Shown piece by piece: positions 37,090 through 47,575 of a stretch of 64,000 nt of DNA. The stretch lies in sequence record PV357171.2, one strand, 5' to 3'. Made by a program: the position numbers and the translations under genes. The DNA is from a phage. Position 1 is the stretch's first letter. Each line of letters opens with the position of its first letter. The notes beneath the pieces were generated by a model. The model saw nothing but the letters and a program-made list of their open reading frames with translations, was not told the origin of the DNA and searched no databases.

Positions 37090-37366
37090 ATTTTATTTCC
37101 TCTTTAAAGATTAATTTCGATTTGTTAATTGCGATTAGTGGGTTAGTGTCGATTACTAAACGTGGTATCCATACTGGAACATATTGCATGTCCAAGCTAG
37201 GATCGTTTGTAAACTTGTATTCGGCATAATTTCGTAGACTTAAAATTCCTAGATATTCTGCCAGTTGTCTATTAGACAATTTATTTGGATTATCAACTAT
37301 CGTTGATTCATTCAAAATGAATGAGGAACCTACCAATAATTGGTGAGCATCAGGCTCTGTAAGCAT
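37082..37366 (-). CDS. hypothetical protein (94 aa)
   Basis: ORF track; no SD recognised. Confidence 0.3.
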   Translation of the reverse strand: MLTEPDAHQLLVGSSFILNESTIVDNPNKLSNRQLAEYLGILSLRNYAEYKFTNDPSLDMQYVPVWIPRLVIDTNPLIAINKSKLIFKEEIKYG

Positions 37367-37473
37367 TCTTTTGAATAGCTTAATAATTAGGTCGGAATTT
37401 CCTCTAGCTAGTAAGTATAGCTTTTCATAATCGAAGAATTTAATTTTTGTTTTCTCCTCGAATTTATGTATAT

Positions 37474-37503
37474 ATTATACTAGATTTCGAGAGAATTTAG
37501 CAA
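37474..37503 (-). promoter_or_regulatory. T5-type early promoter copy (minus strand)
   Basis: TATAAT and TTGCTA-like hexamers; conserved downstream AAATTCGAGGAGA. Confidence 0.5.
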
Positions 37504-37574
37504 CTAAAATTTTTATTTTTCTGCTTCGGACTTTCTTATCAATCCGAAACTTTCTCTCTCAAATTTATGTATAT

Positions 37575-37603
37575 ATTATACATCATTTATGAGCTGTTGC
37601 CAA
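37575..37603 (-). promoter_or_regulatory. second T5-type early promoter copy overlapping 3' end of helicase gene
   Basis: Near-duplicate of the downstream copy; followed by stem-loop at ~37517..37545. Confidence 0.4.
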
Positions 37604-38939
37604 ATGCAATTTTAGCTAATTGAACTGCTTTCTCCGGAGTCATGGTAATAGTTTTCCACCCGTTGTTACGATATACTGCCATACGTCCAGAAGCCTGTCT
37701 TAGTCCAGTACCACCTTTCATAATTAGATCTACAACAATAGGGTCGAGTTTACCCTCGACAATACGTTGAACACGTCCTGCAAGCTGTTCAATAAGAGAT
37801 TCATTATTAATAAGACTTCCCATTATTAAACAAGATAGCTCATTAAGGGAAATACCTTCAGAGAAGATACTCTGAGCTGCTGCAAGTACACAAGGTCCAC
37901 CTTTTGCTATATCTTCCTGGATTTTTAATCGGTCATCCAAGTGGGTTGCCCCTATAATTTCATATGTTGTAACACCACGCTGTGTAAGAGCTTCTAGTAC
38001 TGTTTGGATTAACTCTGTTCTATCACTTACAATGAGTACTTTATGTCCCATATTCACGTATAAATGTGCCAGGTTTATAATGGTCTCTCGATATTCAGGA
38101 TGGTTGTACACATCATTAGCACGTAACGCCCATGGTACGTTTTGGTTTCCTGATAATTCAACAGGCACGGAGTACCTATGGATTGTAGGTGCAACAGTAT
38201 TATTAACCGGCGGACTAAATATCTTATATCCAAAGAAATCTTTGAACATAACTTGTAGACCATCTTTACGTTTTAATGTTCCAGATAGTCCAATCTTATA
38301 GCGAGCACATGATATTTCTAGGAAGTTAGTGAAAGTTGTAGCCACACAATGGTGAACTTCATCAACTATAACAGTACCGAATACTTTAGAAAGATTATTC
38401 GCATGTTTATTCACTGTTTGAATATTACTGACCACAATTGGTGGATCAATATTGTATTTCCCAGAACCTATGATACCCGGTTCAAACCCAAACCATTTAC
38501 GAACTTCTGCCGCCCACATTTCACGAATAGATGTGTTAGTACAAATTACTAAAGTTTTCTGGCCAAATTTATACGCAAGTGCAAGGGCTAGGATAGTTTT
38601 ACCAAATCCAGGTTTACCATTAATAATACAGGTATCATCGCATTCTTCGTATATTGGAAGCTGATCTTCTTCACGCAGTTTGAACTTAGGTTTTGGTATA
38701 TCTACCGGAGCTAGTGTGCGTTTATCAACTAATTCGTATTTTACTCCTTTAGCATCTAGTAAGTCTAGACGTGTAATAGGAATCCACTTAATCTCTTTGG
38801 CAACAACACCACTATTCTTATACATAATAGGGTATTTACTAGTCATTGTCTCAATGTGATAAGTAGTTTGCTTACTACAATAATCCCAAAGTTCATCATC
38901 GGGCTTGAAATAGGCTTTATTAGATATAACAACCTTCAT
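37587..38939 (-). CDS. SF2 DNA helicase (D10-like)
   Basis: Walker A GKPGFGKT; DEVH box VIVDEVHH. Confidence 0.75.
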   Translation of the reverse strand: MKVVISNKAYFKPDDELWDYCSKQTTYHIETMTSKYPIMYKNSGVVAKEIKWIPITRLDLLDAKGVKYELVDKRTLAPVDIPKPKFKLREEDQLPIYEECDDTCIINGKPGFGKTILALALAYKFGQKTLVICTNTSIREMWAAEVRKWFGFEPGIIGSGKYNIDPPIVVSNIQTVNKHANNLSKVFGTVIVDEVHHCVATTFTNFLEISCARYKIGLSGTLKRKDGLQVMFKDFFGYKIFSPPVNNTVAPTIHRYSVPVELSGNQNVPWALRANDVYNHPEYRETIINLAHLYVNMGHKVLIVSDRTELIQTVLEALTQRGVTTYEIIGATHLDDRLKIQEDIAKGGPCVLAAAQSIFSEGISLNELSCLIMGSLINNESLIEQLAGRVQRIVEGKLDPIVVDLIMKGGTGLRQASGRMAVYRNNGWKTITMTPEKAVQLAKIAFGNSS

Positions 38940-39433
38940 AATTTTATTCTAAGTCTAGGAATTTCAGGCTCCTCTTGATGGACTTGATAAATAACAGGGC
39001 TATTATTTACCAGAATATAGCTTATATAAGCTGGAACATAGGATAATACAAATGGATAAGGGACTTTAGCCACATAGCATTGGTATTTTCCGTTATAAAT
39101 TCTAGCTGAATGCAAAACTTTAGAGGTGACAACATCATAGAACGTAGTTTTCTTCCAGTTAATAAGATTTCCATCAGAATCTATAAATTGGCTACGCTTT
39201 GACCCAACTAATTGAGACAACATTGATATTCTGCCCCTAATAGGATAGAGCTTGTAGGGTAATTCCTTCCGTTTCTCAAATAGAATAAGCCTACGTTGAG
39301 AAAACGTGCCAGGCAACTTCCTGTTATCTAGCACATATTTATTATACCTTGTTGTAATTACGGAATAATCACCTTCTTGCTCAATTGATACAAACGCCCG
39401 TAAAGCATATACGGGCAATTTGAAATCAAGCAC
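38936..39433 (-). CDS. hypothetical protein (165 aa)
   Basis: ORF track; coupled to polymerase gene. Confidence 0.35.
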   Translation of the reverse strand: MLDFKLPVYALRAFVSIEQEGDYSVITTRYNKYVLDNRKLPGTFSQRRLILFEKRKELPYKLYPIRGRISMLSQLVGSKRSQFIDSDGNLINWKKTTFYDVVTSKVLHSARIYNGKYQCYVAKVPYPFVLSYVPAYISYILVNNSPVIYQVHQEEPEIPRLRIKL

Positions 39434-41993
39434 CGAGAATCCTTCTCACGTTATCCAAATCTTTACATACAGCAATAAACTTATCATCCTTGTATTTGCT
39501 ATGATCTGGATGCTCTTTATCCATTGCAGCTAGTTTCTTATACTCGAATTCTGCATCAAGTAATACACCCTTGACATAACGAGTATATTCATCATCATCA
39601 ATACAAGCGATTGATGGATGCTGCTTCTTCATCTTACCACAGGAGTAGTCACGAGAACCTCCAGCCTCAGAATCAGAATCAATACCAATCGGACAGCCAG
39701 GAATACTGATACCACGGTCTTTCTGAATATTACGAATCAGGATTTCATTGTATTGGTCGATCAAATCCTCACGAACAATAGCAACTACGGAGTCATGAAC
39801 CAGCATAACAATCTTCATCTCGTGTTCTAAGCCAAGAGAAATGATCTCATTATCTGCATCTACAGCACCTAAAAGGAGACTATCAGAAGAAGCAGACTGA
39901 ATGATTGCGTTAAATCCAGAACGAATTTCTTCACCCTGAACGCCACGGTCTTCGGAGTGGATATTATGCAGACGACGTTTACGACCAAAGTGACTATAGA
40001 TAAATCCATGATTCTTGATCTGATCGTGGCACTTATCAATCCAACGCTTAAGCTGTGGGAATTGACCAAAGTAAGTCTCAATGTACTCTTTAGCATCTGC
40101 AACAGTACATTCAACAAACGGTTCCCCCGTTTTGGCTGCTTGTTCGAGCAATGCTTCGTTAACAGAATGTGCTACTTTAGCCGGGCCAGAACCGTACAAA
40201 ATACCAAAGGTAATTGCCTTAGCTGCCTGACGCAGAGCTGGGAACAGCTTCTTAACATCACGAGGTTCACATTGCAATTTAAATACCATGTGGGCGATGT
40301 TAGAGTGGAAGTCAGGGTATTTATCAGGTTCATTTCTCATGTTGATAAATACTTGTTGCATATTTCTATCACCAGATAGAACAGCAGCATAATAAACTTC
40401 CGCAGTTGTTAAGTCCCATGCGATTACACGGTATCCAGGTGGTGCAACTACACAACCCTTAATGATAGATTCATCACGAGGTAACTGTTGCAGGTTCAGT
40501 TTACCAGAAGAACTCAGACGACCAGAAGTAGTCATATGCTCATGGAAGCCAGTACGAATGCAACCATCAGCATCAATGCTCAGAAGAATCTTCTCAACGT
40601 AAGTAGAGATCAGCTTAGTCAGCTTACGAATCTCTAGTAGGGTCTTAGCAATTGGATGCTGCGTAGACAATTCGTTCAGAGCTTCTGCATCTGTAGAGTC
40701 CGCTCCAGTATCTGTCAATTTACCTGTTGGAGTTAACCCAACATAATCAAACAGAAGAACACGTAGCTGCTTAACAGAGTTTGGGTTAAACGCTTCGTTC
40801 TGGTCTTTCTCTAGCTGAACGACTTCTGGATAAGTATACAGTTTCTCACGAGCTTTATTCAGATTATGGGTTAACTGGTACTGAGCTTCTTTTAAACGAT
40901 CAATAGAAATAGGTACACCACGATCCTCAACACGTTGCAGGAACACGCAACCAGGCATTAGAACATCATAATACAGACTGCAAAGTTTTTCATTCTTCTC
41001 AATTTTTGGTAAGAAGAAGTTGTGCAAACGTATGGTGGCATCGGTATCTTTTGCAGCGTAAGGCCACATAATATCAAACGGAATTAAATCATAGGTGAAA
41101 TCTTCTTTCTTGATTTTATGTGCTTTGCAATAATCCTCCTTGAACTTATCTAGTTCAAAATCATAGTCACCCATATCGGTATACTTCATTGCTAGAGATT
41201 TCAAGCCATGAGTACCACGACGCTCATCTAGAACATAATGCTGCAACATTGTATCATGGAGCCTGCGTTCTTTATGTGCTTTATCAAAAGTAAGTCCCAG
41301 ATGGTACTTATAAAAGTGCATATCAAACTTCAGGTTGTGAAAAACAATAGTGTGGTTTTCACTATCCAGAATTTTCTGGAGATAATATACTGCAACCTCT
41401 GTGAGACAATCAGAATCGATATATACACCCTGATATTCTTGGTGAGACATAGAAACACCAAGCAGATAACCATCTCGACAGTATAGTGCTGAGGTTTCGG
41501 AGTCAAATGCTACAGGTCCGATAACCATATTATACACCATCTTGATATATTCTTCCGCCTCGTCAGGGTCAGTAATAGGACGGTAATCACCAGCTTTTGC
41601 AATCTTCTCACGACCATTGATAATATCGTGGATATTCTCTACTGTTGCATCGAAAACTGGTTTCATTTCAGGTTTAAAGTGTAACTGGGCTGGGCTGATG
41701 CTCGCAATCCAGTTAGCATATCCATTATGCTCTACACGTTTACCAGTATAGTCACCAATGCCTTTCTTACCAGCAAAGTACAGGAAAGGTTCGGCACCTA
41801 CCAGTATAACAAAATCATAATCATTCGGATCAAATGGGTTTTCCGGAGTCCCGATAGTAATATGCTTTTTGAGCAAACGACCGGATAACTTCTCATTACA
41901 CATATGGAATACATCAACTTCCTCGCCGTATAGCTGGAAATGTTTATCGTAACGAGTGTTATTTAGAGCTTTATCAACTACTGCGATTTTCAA
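39426..41993 (-). CDS. DNA polymerase, family A with 3'-5' exonuclease domain
   Basis: 855 aa; motif B-like AKAITFGILYGSG; motif C VHDS; length matches T5 polymerase as I recall. Confidence 0.9.
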   Translation of the reverse strand: MKIAVVDKALNNTRYDKHFQLYGEEVDVFHMCNEKLSGRLLKKHITIGTPENPFDPNDYDFVILVGAEPFLYFAGKKGIGDYTGKRVEHNGYANWIASISPAQLHFKPEMKPVFDATVENIHDIINGREKIAKAGDYRPITDPDEAEEYIKMVYNMVIGPVAFDSETSALYCRDGYLLGVSMSHQEYQGVYIDSDCLTEVAVYYLQKILDSENHTIVFHNLKFDMHFYKYHLGLTFDKAHKERRLHDTMLQHYVLDERRGTHGLKSLAMKYTDMGDYDFELDKFKEDYCKAHKIKKEDFTYDLIPFDIMWPYAAKDTDATIRLHNFFLPKIEKNEKLCSLYYDVLMPGCVFLQRVEDRGVPISIDRLKEAQYQLTHNLNKAREKLYTYPEVVQLEKDQNEAFNPNSVKQLRVLLFDYVGLTPTGKLTDTGADSTDAEALNELSTQHPIAKTLLEIRKLTKLISTYVEKILLSIDADGCIRTGFHEHMTTSGRLSSSGKLNLQQLPRDESIIKGCVVAPPGYRVIAWDLTTAEVYYAAVLSGDRNMQQVFINMRNEPDKYPDFHSNIAHMVFKLQCEPRDVKKLFPALRQAAKAITFGILYGSGPAKVAHSVNEALLEQAAKTGEPFVECTVADAKEYIETYFGQFPQLKRWIDKCHDQIKNHGFIYSHFGRKRRLHNIHSEDRGVQGEEIRSGFNAIIQSASSDSLLLGAVDADNEIISLGLEHEMKIVMLVHDSVVAIVREDLIDQYNEILIRNIQKDRGISIPGCPIGIDSDSEAGGSRDYSCGKMKKQHPSIACIDDDEYTRYVKGVLLDAEFEYKKLAAMDKEHPDHSKYKDDKFIAVCKDLDNVRRILGA

Positions 41994-42055
41994 ATTTAAT
42001 CTCCTCTTGGTAAGTAAGTATAACTTCAGTGTTTCTTCTCTAACTTACCAATATA

Positions 42056-42946
42056 TTATACCAAATCTTTAAGCGATTCAGCAACTAAAATTTCAATACG
42101 TTTTGCTAACATATCAATTTCATCTTTGTTTAAATCACCCGGATCTTTGCCTTCGGGCAGAAGAAAGTTAGCAACTACAGGTGTTAAACGCGTTTTTGTA
42201 CGAATTAACTTGGCCAATGCTTGTGCAGCTTTATTACCAGAAGCATCATTATCTAGTAAGATAACAACAACTTTTACACCGGCAATAATATAAGGACTGA
42301 ACTTATCTGCAATGTTATCCGAAGTAAACTGATGTGTACCAAAGCAGCAAGAAGCATAGTCTATACCATTATCCTCTAGGTTCAGCATATCAAAGATACC
42401 TTCAACTAGAATAAGAACTGGAGTATTATATCGTACAGGGAAAATCGGTGGTGAAACTTGTTTTGGTTTTACTAAGTATTTAGGAGGGGCAGAACTGTTT
42501 ATAGAACGACCCAAAAATAGGATATTGCGTCCAACAGCATCTGTGATTGGGAATACAATTCTGCCTTCCCAGTCTGCTTGATGTTGGAAAGCAAAATATT
42601 TCTTCAAGGTCTTAGAACTTATACCTCGGAAATCACCTTCGAAAAGGCAAGCAGATTCAGGAATTGCAAGATTCGTTGATCCATTCCTAATCTCTGAAAT
42701 CTTTTTACGTACTTGCGATAGTCTTGGGGACTGTCGGTACTGAGTCTCATTAAAATAATGGTAAATGCTCGGTATACCTTTACCGAAGCCACAACTCAAG
42801 CAGTGCATAATACCTGTTTCAGGATCAATACGCAAACTTGGGTGTTTATCGTCATGATCTGGATTGAGACAACAGATGAGGATGTCCCCACCTGTGTCTT
42901 TATATTCAATGCCTTTCAGATCAAGTAGTTCTGTTATTCTACTCAT
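42056..42946 (-). CDS. DNA primase (zinc-binding plus Toprim)
   Basis: CxxC...HCLSCG zinc motif; Toprim-like LVEGIFDM. Confidence 0.8.
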   Translation of the reverse strand: MSRITELLDLKGIEYKDTGGDILICCLNPDHDDKHPSLRIDPETGIMHCLSCGFGKGIPSIYHYFNETQYRQSPRLSQVRKKISEIRNGSTNLAIPESACLFEGDFRGISSKTLKKYFAFQHQADWEGRIVFPITDAVGRNILFLGRSINSSAPPKYLVKPKQVSPPIFPVRYNTPVLILVEGIFDMLNLEDNGIDYASCCFGTHQFTSDNIADKFSPYIIAGVKVVVILLDNDASGNKAAQALAKLIRTKTRLTPVVANFLLPEGKDPGDLNKDEIDMLAKRIEILVAESLKDLV

Positions 42947-44415
42947 ATATCGCTGGCCTGTTCACCTGTTGAATTTTCAGCTTTGTCTTTCTTAGCACGT
43001 TTAGGTTGAGCCGGCTTATCCTTCTCAATAGGGATAACGAACTCAGCTTCCATTTGAGATATATCTTCCATTGCTAGGTTGGTAGTGTTATCCATCTGCA
43101 GGGTTTCCCAGTTCATCTTAGGCATAAACTTCACGCTATCAGAAGAACGGGTCTTAACGAAGTCAAACATAATAGCACCTTGACCATTATCAGCTTTTGC
43201 AGCATTAAGATTAGCAGCCATGTCTGCGGAATCAAGAATCCCCTTTGACATACGTGTTCTACCATCTTGATCGATCTGGTAAGGAGCTACTCCAGCCACG
43301 TTATGTTTCTGGCAGATGGATTTGAAAGATGAACTAACAACCATCTGTTCTTTCCAGTCATACATATCAATGGTCTTTGAATCTGGAAGTCTTGTTTGGT
43401 TAATATAGTCTAGAAGAGCTACAGTAACCTTATCACCATATTTAGCAACTAGTTTATTTAATTCTACGTCAACCGTCGTAATAGACAGTTCAGGATCGTA
43501 AACGATGATCATAGGAGTGTGAAGCTCATAGCCTTCAAGGAGTTTACTTTCCATATCATAGAAGTCACTCATTTTAGCCATAGTGTATTGCTTAACGAAG
43601 TTATCGAAAAGCTCTTCACCACCATTAAACATTCTAGCCCTAGTTCTGGCTAATCTCAACAGAGCAGCACCTTCAAGAGTGTTATTACGCATTGCTAATG
43701 CAGATACTCCAGCTAACATAGCCAGATTACGTCTAAACACTTCGTGCTCTTTCATCTCAATTGAGAAATATGGAGCAATGTCTCCATTCAAATATTGCTG
43801 AACCTGTATGTTTGAACAGATAATGGATTTACCAGTACCACGCCAACCACCAAGCAGTAACGTTTCTGTGCGAGCTAAACCAATTTGAGCGTCGAACTCA
43901 TTACAAATACCAAGAGCGATTAAGTTCAGTTTGGTATCTTCTTCTCTCTGGAAAATACGCATTGTGTCTGCGTTGAATACCTTTCCAGTATTCGTTACTT
44001 TCTCTTCTAATTTTAAGTGAAGGGAGGCAACTCGGTTGAGAATTTCTCCCTGATCCAGCATTGTTAAATCTTGAAGCACGTCTGTTTCTAGAAGCTTCAG
44101 GAATAAATCCTGTGTATATTCGGCCTCTAGGACTTCAAGTGCCTGTTCCATGCTAACTTCTGGAATTTGAGTGTTAGCTAAAACGACTAGAGCTTGAGAA
44201 AGGCGGGCGTTCCTATTAGCCTCAAGCATCAGTGCGTCAATGGATGGCATTGTGTTATATTTTTTATAATAATTCTGGACGGCTTGGTAAATTGAGGAGA
44301 AAGCGTCATTAAAATGATCTTTATGCAGTTTTGAGAATGTTTCCAATGCTATTTGCTTCTGTTCGGAAGCTAGAAGCATCTTCAACACTACAGCTTGCAC
44401 GTTAAACAAGGTCAT
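42943..44415 (-). CDS. DnaB-like replicative helicase; start ambiguous (44415 ATG or 44466)
   Basis: Walker A GGWRGTGKS; RecA-like core. Confidence 0.65.
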   Translation of the reverse strand: MTLFNVQAVVLKMLLASEQKQIALETFSKLHKDHFNDAFSSIYQAVQNYYKKYNTMPSIDALMLEANRNARLSQALVVLANTQIPEVSMEQALEVLEAEYTQDLFLKLLETDVLQDLTMLDQGEILNRVASLHLKLEEKVTNTGKVFNADTMRIFQREEDTKLNLIALGICNEFDAQIGLARTETLLLGGWRGTGKSIICSNIQVQQYLNGDIAPYFSIEMKEHEVFRRNLAMLAGVSALAMRNNTLEGAALLRLARTRARMFNGGEELFDNFVKQYTMAKMSDFYDMESKLLEGYELHTPMIIVYDPELSITTVDVELNKLVAKYGDKVTVALLDYINQTRLPDSKTIDMYDWKEQMVVSSSFKSICQKHNVAGVAPYQIDQDGRTRMSKGILDSADMAANLNAAKADNGQGAIMFDFVKTRSSDSVKFMPKMNWETLQMDNTTNLAMEDISQMEAEFVIPIEKDKPAQPKRAKKDKAENSTGEQASDI

Positions 44416-44497
44416 TCTCCTTTGCACGCTTTCGTGCCTTCTAAATGCAAAAAGGGGAAGGAGCATAGCCCCCTCCCCTTAGGTTTAATTTACCAGA

Positions 44498-45265
44498 TTA
44501 TTCAGCAGCCGCAGCTTTTGCATCCAGTTTAGCACGCTTAGCGGCACCATCATAGTCCTTAGCAACCAGACCACGACGAGACAGCATAGATTTAACACCG
44601 CGCTCAGATTTACCAGTTTTCTCAGCGATCTCAGCAACAGTCATGTTAACCAGATCCAGACCTTCTAACAGATCTTCACGAGTTTTAGCACTCGAGGTTT
44701 CCTGTACCGGCATAGCGGCGATACGACCTTCACGAAGCAGACTCAGAGCTTTACCACGGATCTGCTTGATATTACGACCGAAGTGAGCAGCGATAGCTTC
44801 AATAGTAGCACCAGCAACAACCTGATTAACAAAATCAGTTTCTTCATCCGGAGTGAAGGAACGAACAGCAGCAGCTTTTTCAGTTGGTTTAACAGAAGCG
44901 GTCATTTCCAGACTCAGGATCTTACCCTGTACCTGCTTAGCACCGAACTGACCACCAGCTACAGCAGCAGCGATTTCAGCATAGGTATACTGACCAGCAT
45001 GAGCGTTCAGGAAATCAACCAGTTCAGCTTCCTGCTCAGGAGTCCACGGAGATTTCTGCACTTCGTTAGCTTTCTGTACTTCAAAACCTTCTTTACGCAG
45101 TTTAGAGCCAACAGAGCGGGCAGTAACATCTTTGCCAGTTTCAGCAGCCAGTTCAGCAGCAATAGCAGCTACTTGTTCTTGAGAGATTACAGCAACACCC
45201 AGAGCAGTGGCTTTTGCTTTCAGAGACTCGGTTACACCTTCTACGTTCCAGTTCAGTTTAGACAT
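44498..45265 (-). CDS. hypothetical DNA-binding protein (D5-like?)
   Basis: 255 aa, Ala/Lys-rich; position between helicase and ligase. Confidence 0.3.
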   Translation of the reverse strand: MSKLNWNVEGVTESLKAKATALGVAVISQEQVAAIAAELAAETGKDVTARSVGSKLRKEGFEVQKANEVQKSPWTPEQEAELVDFLNAHAGQYTYAEIAAAVAGGQFGAKQVQGKILSLEMTASVKPTEKAAAVRSFTPDEETDFVNQVVAGATIEAIAAHFGRNIKQIRGKALSLLREGRIAAMPVQETSSAKTREDLLEGLDLVNMTVAEIAEKTGKSERGVKSMLSRRGLVAKDYDGAAKRAKLDAKAAAAE

Positions 45266-46037
45266 TATTATTTTTCTCCAATAGTTCTTTAATCGACAGG
45301 ATTTCTATCCCATTCGTTTCGGCTTTCTTATAAGATGAGGAAGAACGTTTTGATTCATCCTCACAGATCAGGTATTTGACGTCTTTGGTAACGGATTTCT
45401 TAACCGTATATCCTAGACCTTCTAAATAGTTTGTTGCATCCGTTCTATTTGCAAAATCTTGCAAAGATCCGGTAATACATACCGTTATTCCGTTTGGTTG
45501 GGCTACTAGACCATCAGTGATGATGACCTCAGCTTTAGCACCTTTAATACCAGTTGTGAATTTCCACGGTAATTCGATAACATCCTTGCCTTGTGGGGAA
45601 TTTAGCCAGGCTTTATAATTTTCTCCAGCCTTGCCGTCAGCCTTCACATCATGGAAGCTAGTGCAATTTTGGGATAATTTCTTTGCTGCAACCTCTCCGA
45701 TTAGAGGGATTCCTAAAGAACCGAGAACTGAACCAAAGTCAATGTCTCCGCGAACTTTAGTATTTAATTCGCTAATTAACTTAGCGGCAACCTTGCTACC
45801 CACGGCTCTAACCAAATCTTCTTCGGTTAGGTAAAATAGTTCTGAAATCTTCGTCAGCTCCAGCTTCTCAATAGTTTTTGGACCAAAGCCCTTTAACTTC
45901 ATTTTTGAACAGAAGTTCTCAATTAACTTACTTGATTGCGCTGGACAGTTGGACTTATTCCGACAAAATAATTGTCCGTTGACAAGATCTAGCTTAGAAC
46001 CACAAGAGGGACATTGTGTTGGAATTTCGATTTTCAT
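45258..46037 (-). CDS. NAD-dependent DNA ligase, C-terminal subunit (Zn finger, HhH, BRCT)
   Basis: C4 zinc finger CPSCGS...C..NKSNC; SD AAGGAAG before ATG 46037. Confidence 0.75.
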   Translation of the reverse strand: MKIEIPTQCPSCGSKLDLVNGQLFCRNKSNCPAQSSKLIENFCSKMKLKGFGPKTIEKLELTKISELFYLTEEDLVRAVGSKVAAKLISELNTKVRGDIDFGSVLGSLGIPLIGEVAAKKLSQNCTSFHDVKADGKAGENYKAWLNSPQGKDVIELPWKFTTGIKGAKAEVIITDGLVAQPNGITVCITGSLQDFANRTDATNYLEGLGYTVKKSVTKDVKYLICEDESKRSSSSYKKAETNGIEILSIKELLEKNNNV

Positions 46038-46067
46038 CAAATTTCTTCCTTATCAATTTATATAAAT

Positions 46068-46096
46068 ATTATAGCAAGTATTTAAGCATTTAGCAA
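46068..46096 (-). promoter_or_regulatory. T5-type early promoter inside the ligase A/B spacer
   Basis: TTGCTA-17-TATAAT on minus strand. Confidence 0.55.
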
Positions 46097-46241
46097 CTAC
46101 AATTTTAACTAACTTTGCTTACCCTCGCCATAACTTTCTATCCCTCAACTGAATGATAATAGTATATACCTAAGCGGCGAAAATGTCAATAACCACTTTA
46201 TAATTCCGATATGGTAGATGGGTAGCAAAGGGTTACATATA

Positions 46242-47216
46242 TTAATCGTATACTCGCTCTACTATGCACGGGATTACACCACCAGCACGAATCACTCGAA
46301 TCTGGCAACCGATCTCTAGATCAAGAGAGTTAATATAATCAACGTTATTAAGAGTCGCTTTAACAATTGTAGCGTCATCAATAATTACCGGTTCGAAATA
46401 TCCAACAGGAGTTACTTTACCAGAAGCCCCTACCTGCCACTCAACTTTGAGAAGAGTTGTAATTTCGCCTTCTTCATCTTGTTTAATTGCATAAGCACCG
46501 CGAGGATGTTTATTCGTCCAACCTTCACGGAAGAATTTATTGTTGTCATTAATACGAACAACTTTACCATCCGTTGGATACCAGTTGAAGTAGTTTTTAA
46601 TGTTCATTACAGTGATGAAATCTTCGTTAGCCAACCAAGACATATCATCTAAATAAGAACCTGTAATACCTACAGAATCTTCTGAACACTGAATACCATA
46701 AGCTACAAAGATTAATCCACCTTCCGCAATACGTTCGATGAAATCATCTTCTTCTTTTAAGTTAATAGCACCTGAAGCGTAGTTACGTTTGTTTTCTACT
46801 TCTTTAGTGATAAGAACTTCACCCGTGATTTGAGTTGGTACTTTTTGGGAAATCTTTTTCGGGATGTTCAGCAATCTAACGTTGCTTGTGACATCATTCC
46901 CTAGAATACCATTACCACGAGTTAACGCTTGAACAAACGTTCCGTCGATGTACAACAGAGAAATTGCGCAACCGTCTAGCTTATCAGTTTCTACGTCTTC
47001 AAGAGTAGTGAAGGGGGCTTTATCACCACGATCGAAGTAAACTTTTTGTAAAGAATACATACGATACAGATGTGGGATATCACCTTTCGGGCCGATAGCA
47101 TCTTCCGCCGTTGGGAAACGTTTTAACAGACGGTCATATTCTTCATCAGATATTAAAGACATACCCTGATAATATGCTTCTTGACAGCGTTTAATAAAGT
47201 CTTTTACATTAGTCAT
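46242..47216 (-). CDS. NAD-dependent DNA ligase, N-terminal subunit (adenylation plus OB)
   Basis: KxDG adenylation motif KLDGCAISLLY; 324 aa. Confidence 0.8.
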   Translation of the reverse strand: MTNVKDFIKRCQEAYYQGMSLISDEEYDRLLKRFPTAEDAIGPKGDIPHLYRMYSLQKVYFDRGDKAPFTTLEDVETDKLDGCAISLLYIDGTFVQALTRGNGILGNDVTSNVRLLNIPKKISQKVPTQITGEVLITKEVENKRNYASGAINLKEEDDFIERIAEGGLIFVAYGIQCSEDSVGITGSYLDDMSWLANEDFITVMNIKNYFNWYPTDGKVVRINDNNKFFREGWTNKHPRGAYAIKQDEEGEITTLLKVEWQVGASGKVTPVGYFEPVIIDDATIVKATLNNVDYINSLDLEIGCQIRVIRAGGVIPCIVERVYD

Positions 47217-47489
47217 TTATTCTGCCTCATAGTACGTGGGCTGTCTAGTGGACCCGTGCCATGTATAATTTTTGCAAAGATGCAAATATGTAGTTTTTAC
47301 TAGCCTATCTGACAACGGAGAGTATATTTCAGCTGTTAATACTTCTTTTTCGTAATGAAGTGAAATCAGCTTATACCCACTTCTAGTTTTAGTATACTTT
47401 TCTCCATTAATCTTCTCCTCCCACATAAGTATAAGAGGCTGTCCGATACATGGGAAAGGTTTAAGTGTACTTATATTTATCTTTTTCAC
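47217..47489 (-). CDS. hypothetical early protein (90 aa)
   Basis: ORF track; promoter upstream. Confidence 0.4.
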   Translation of the reverse strand: MKKINISTLKPFPCIGQPLILMWEEKINGEKYTKTRSGYKLISLHYEKEVLTAEIYSPLSDRLVKTTYLHLCKNYTWHGSTRQPTYYEAE

Positions 47490-47519
47490 TTTGCAACCCT
47501 CTCATTAATTTATATAAAT

Positions 47520-47548
47520 ATTATATAACAAAACTGAGTTGAAAGCAA
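47520..47548 (-). promoter_or_regulatory. T5-type early promoter (TTGCTT-17-TATAAT)
   Basis: Read from sequence. Confidence 0.6.
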
Positions 47549-47575
47549 ATACATTTATAAAGAAAAAGCCAAGAA

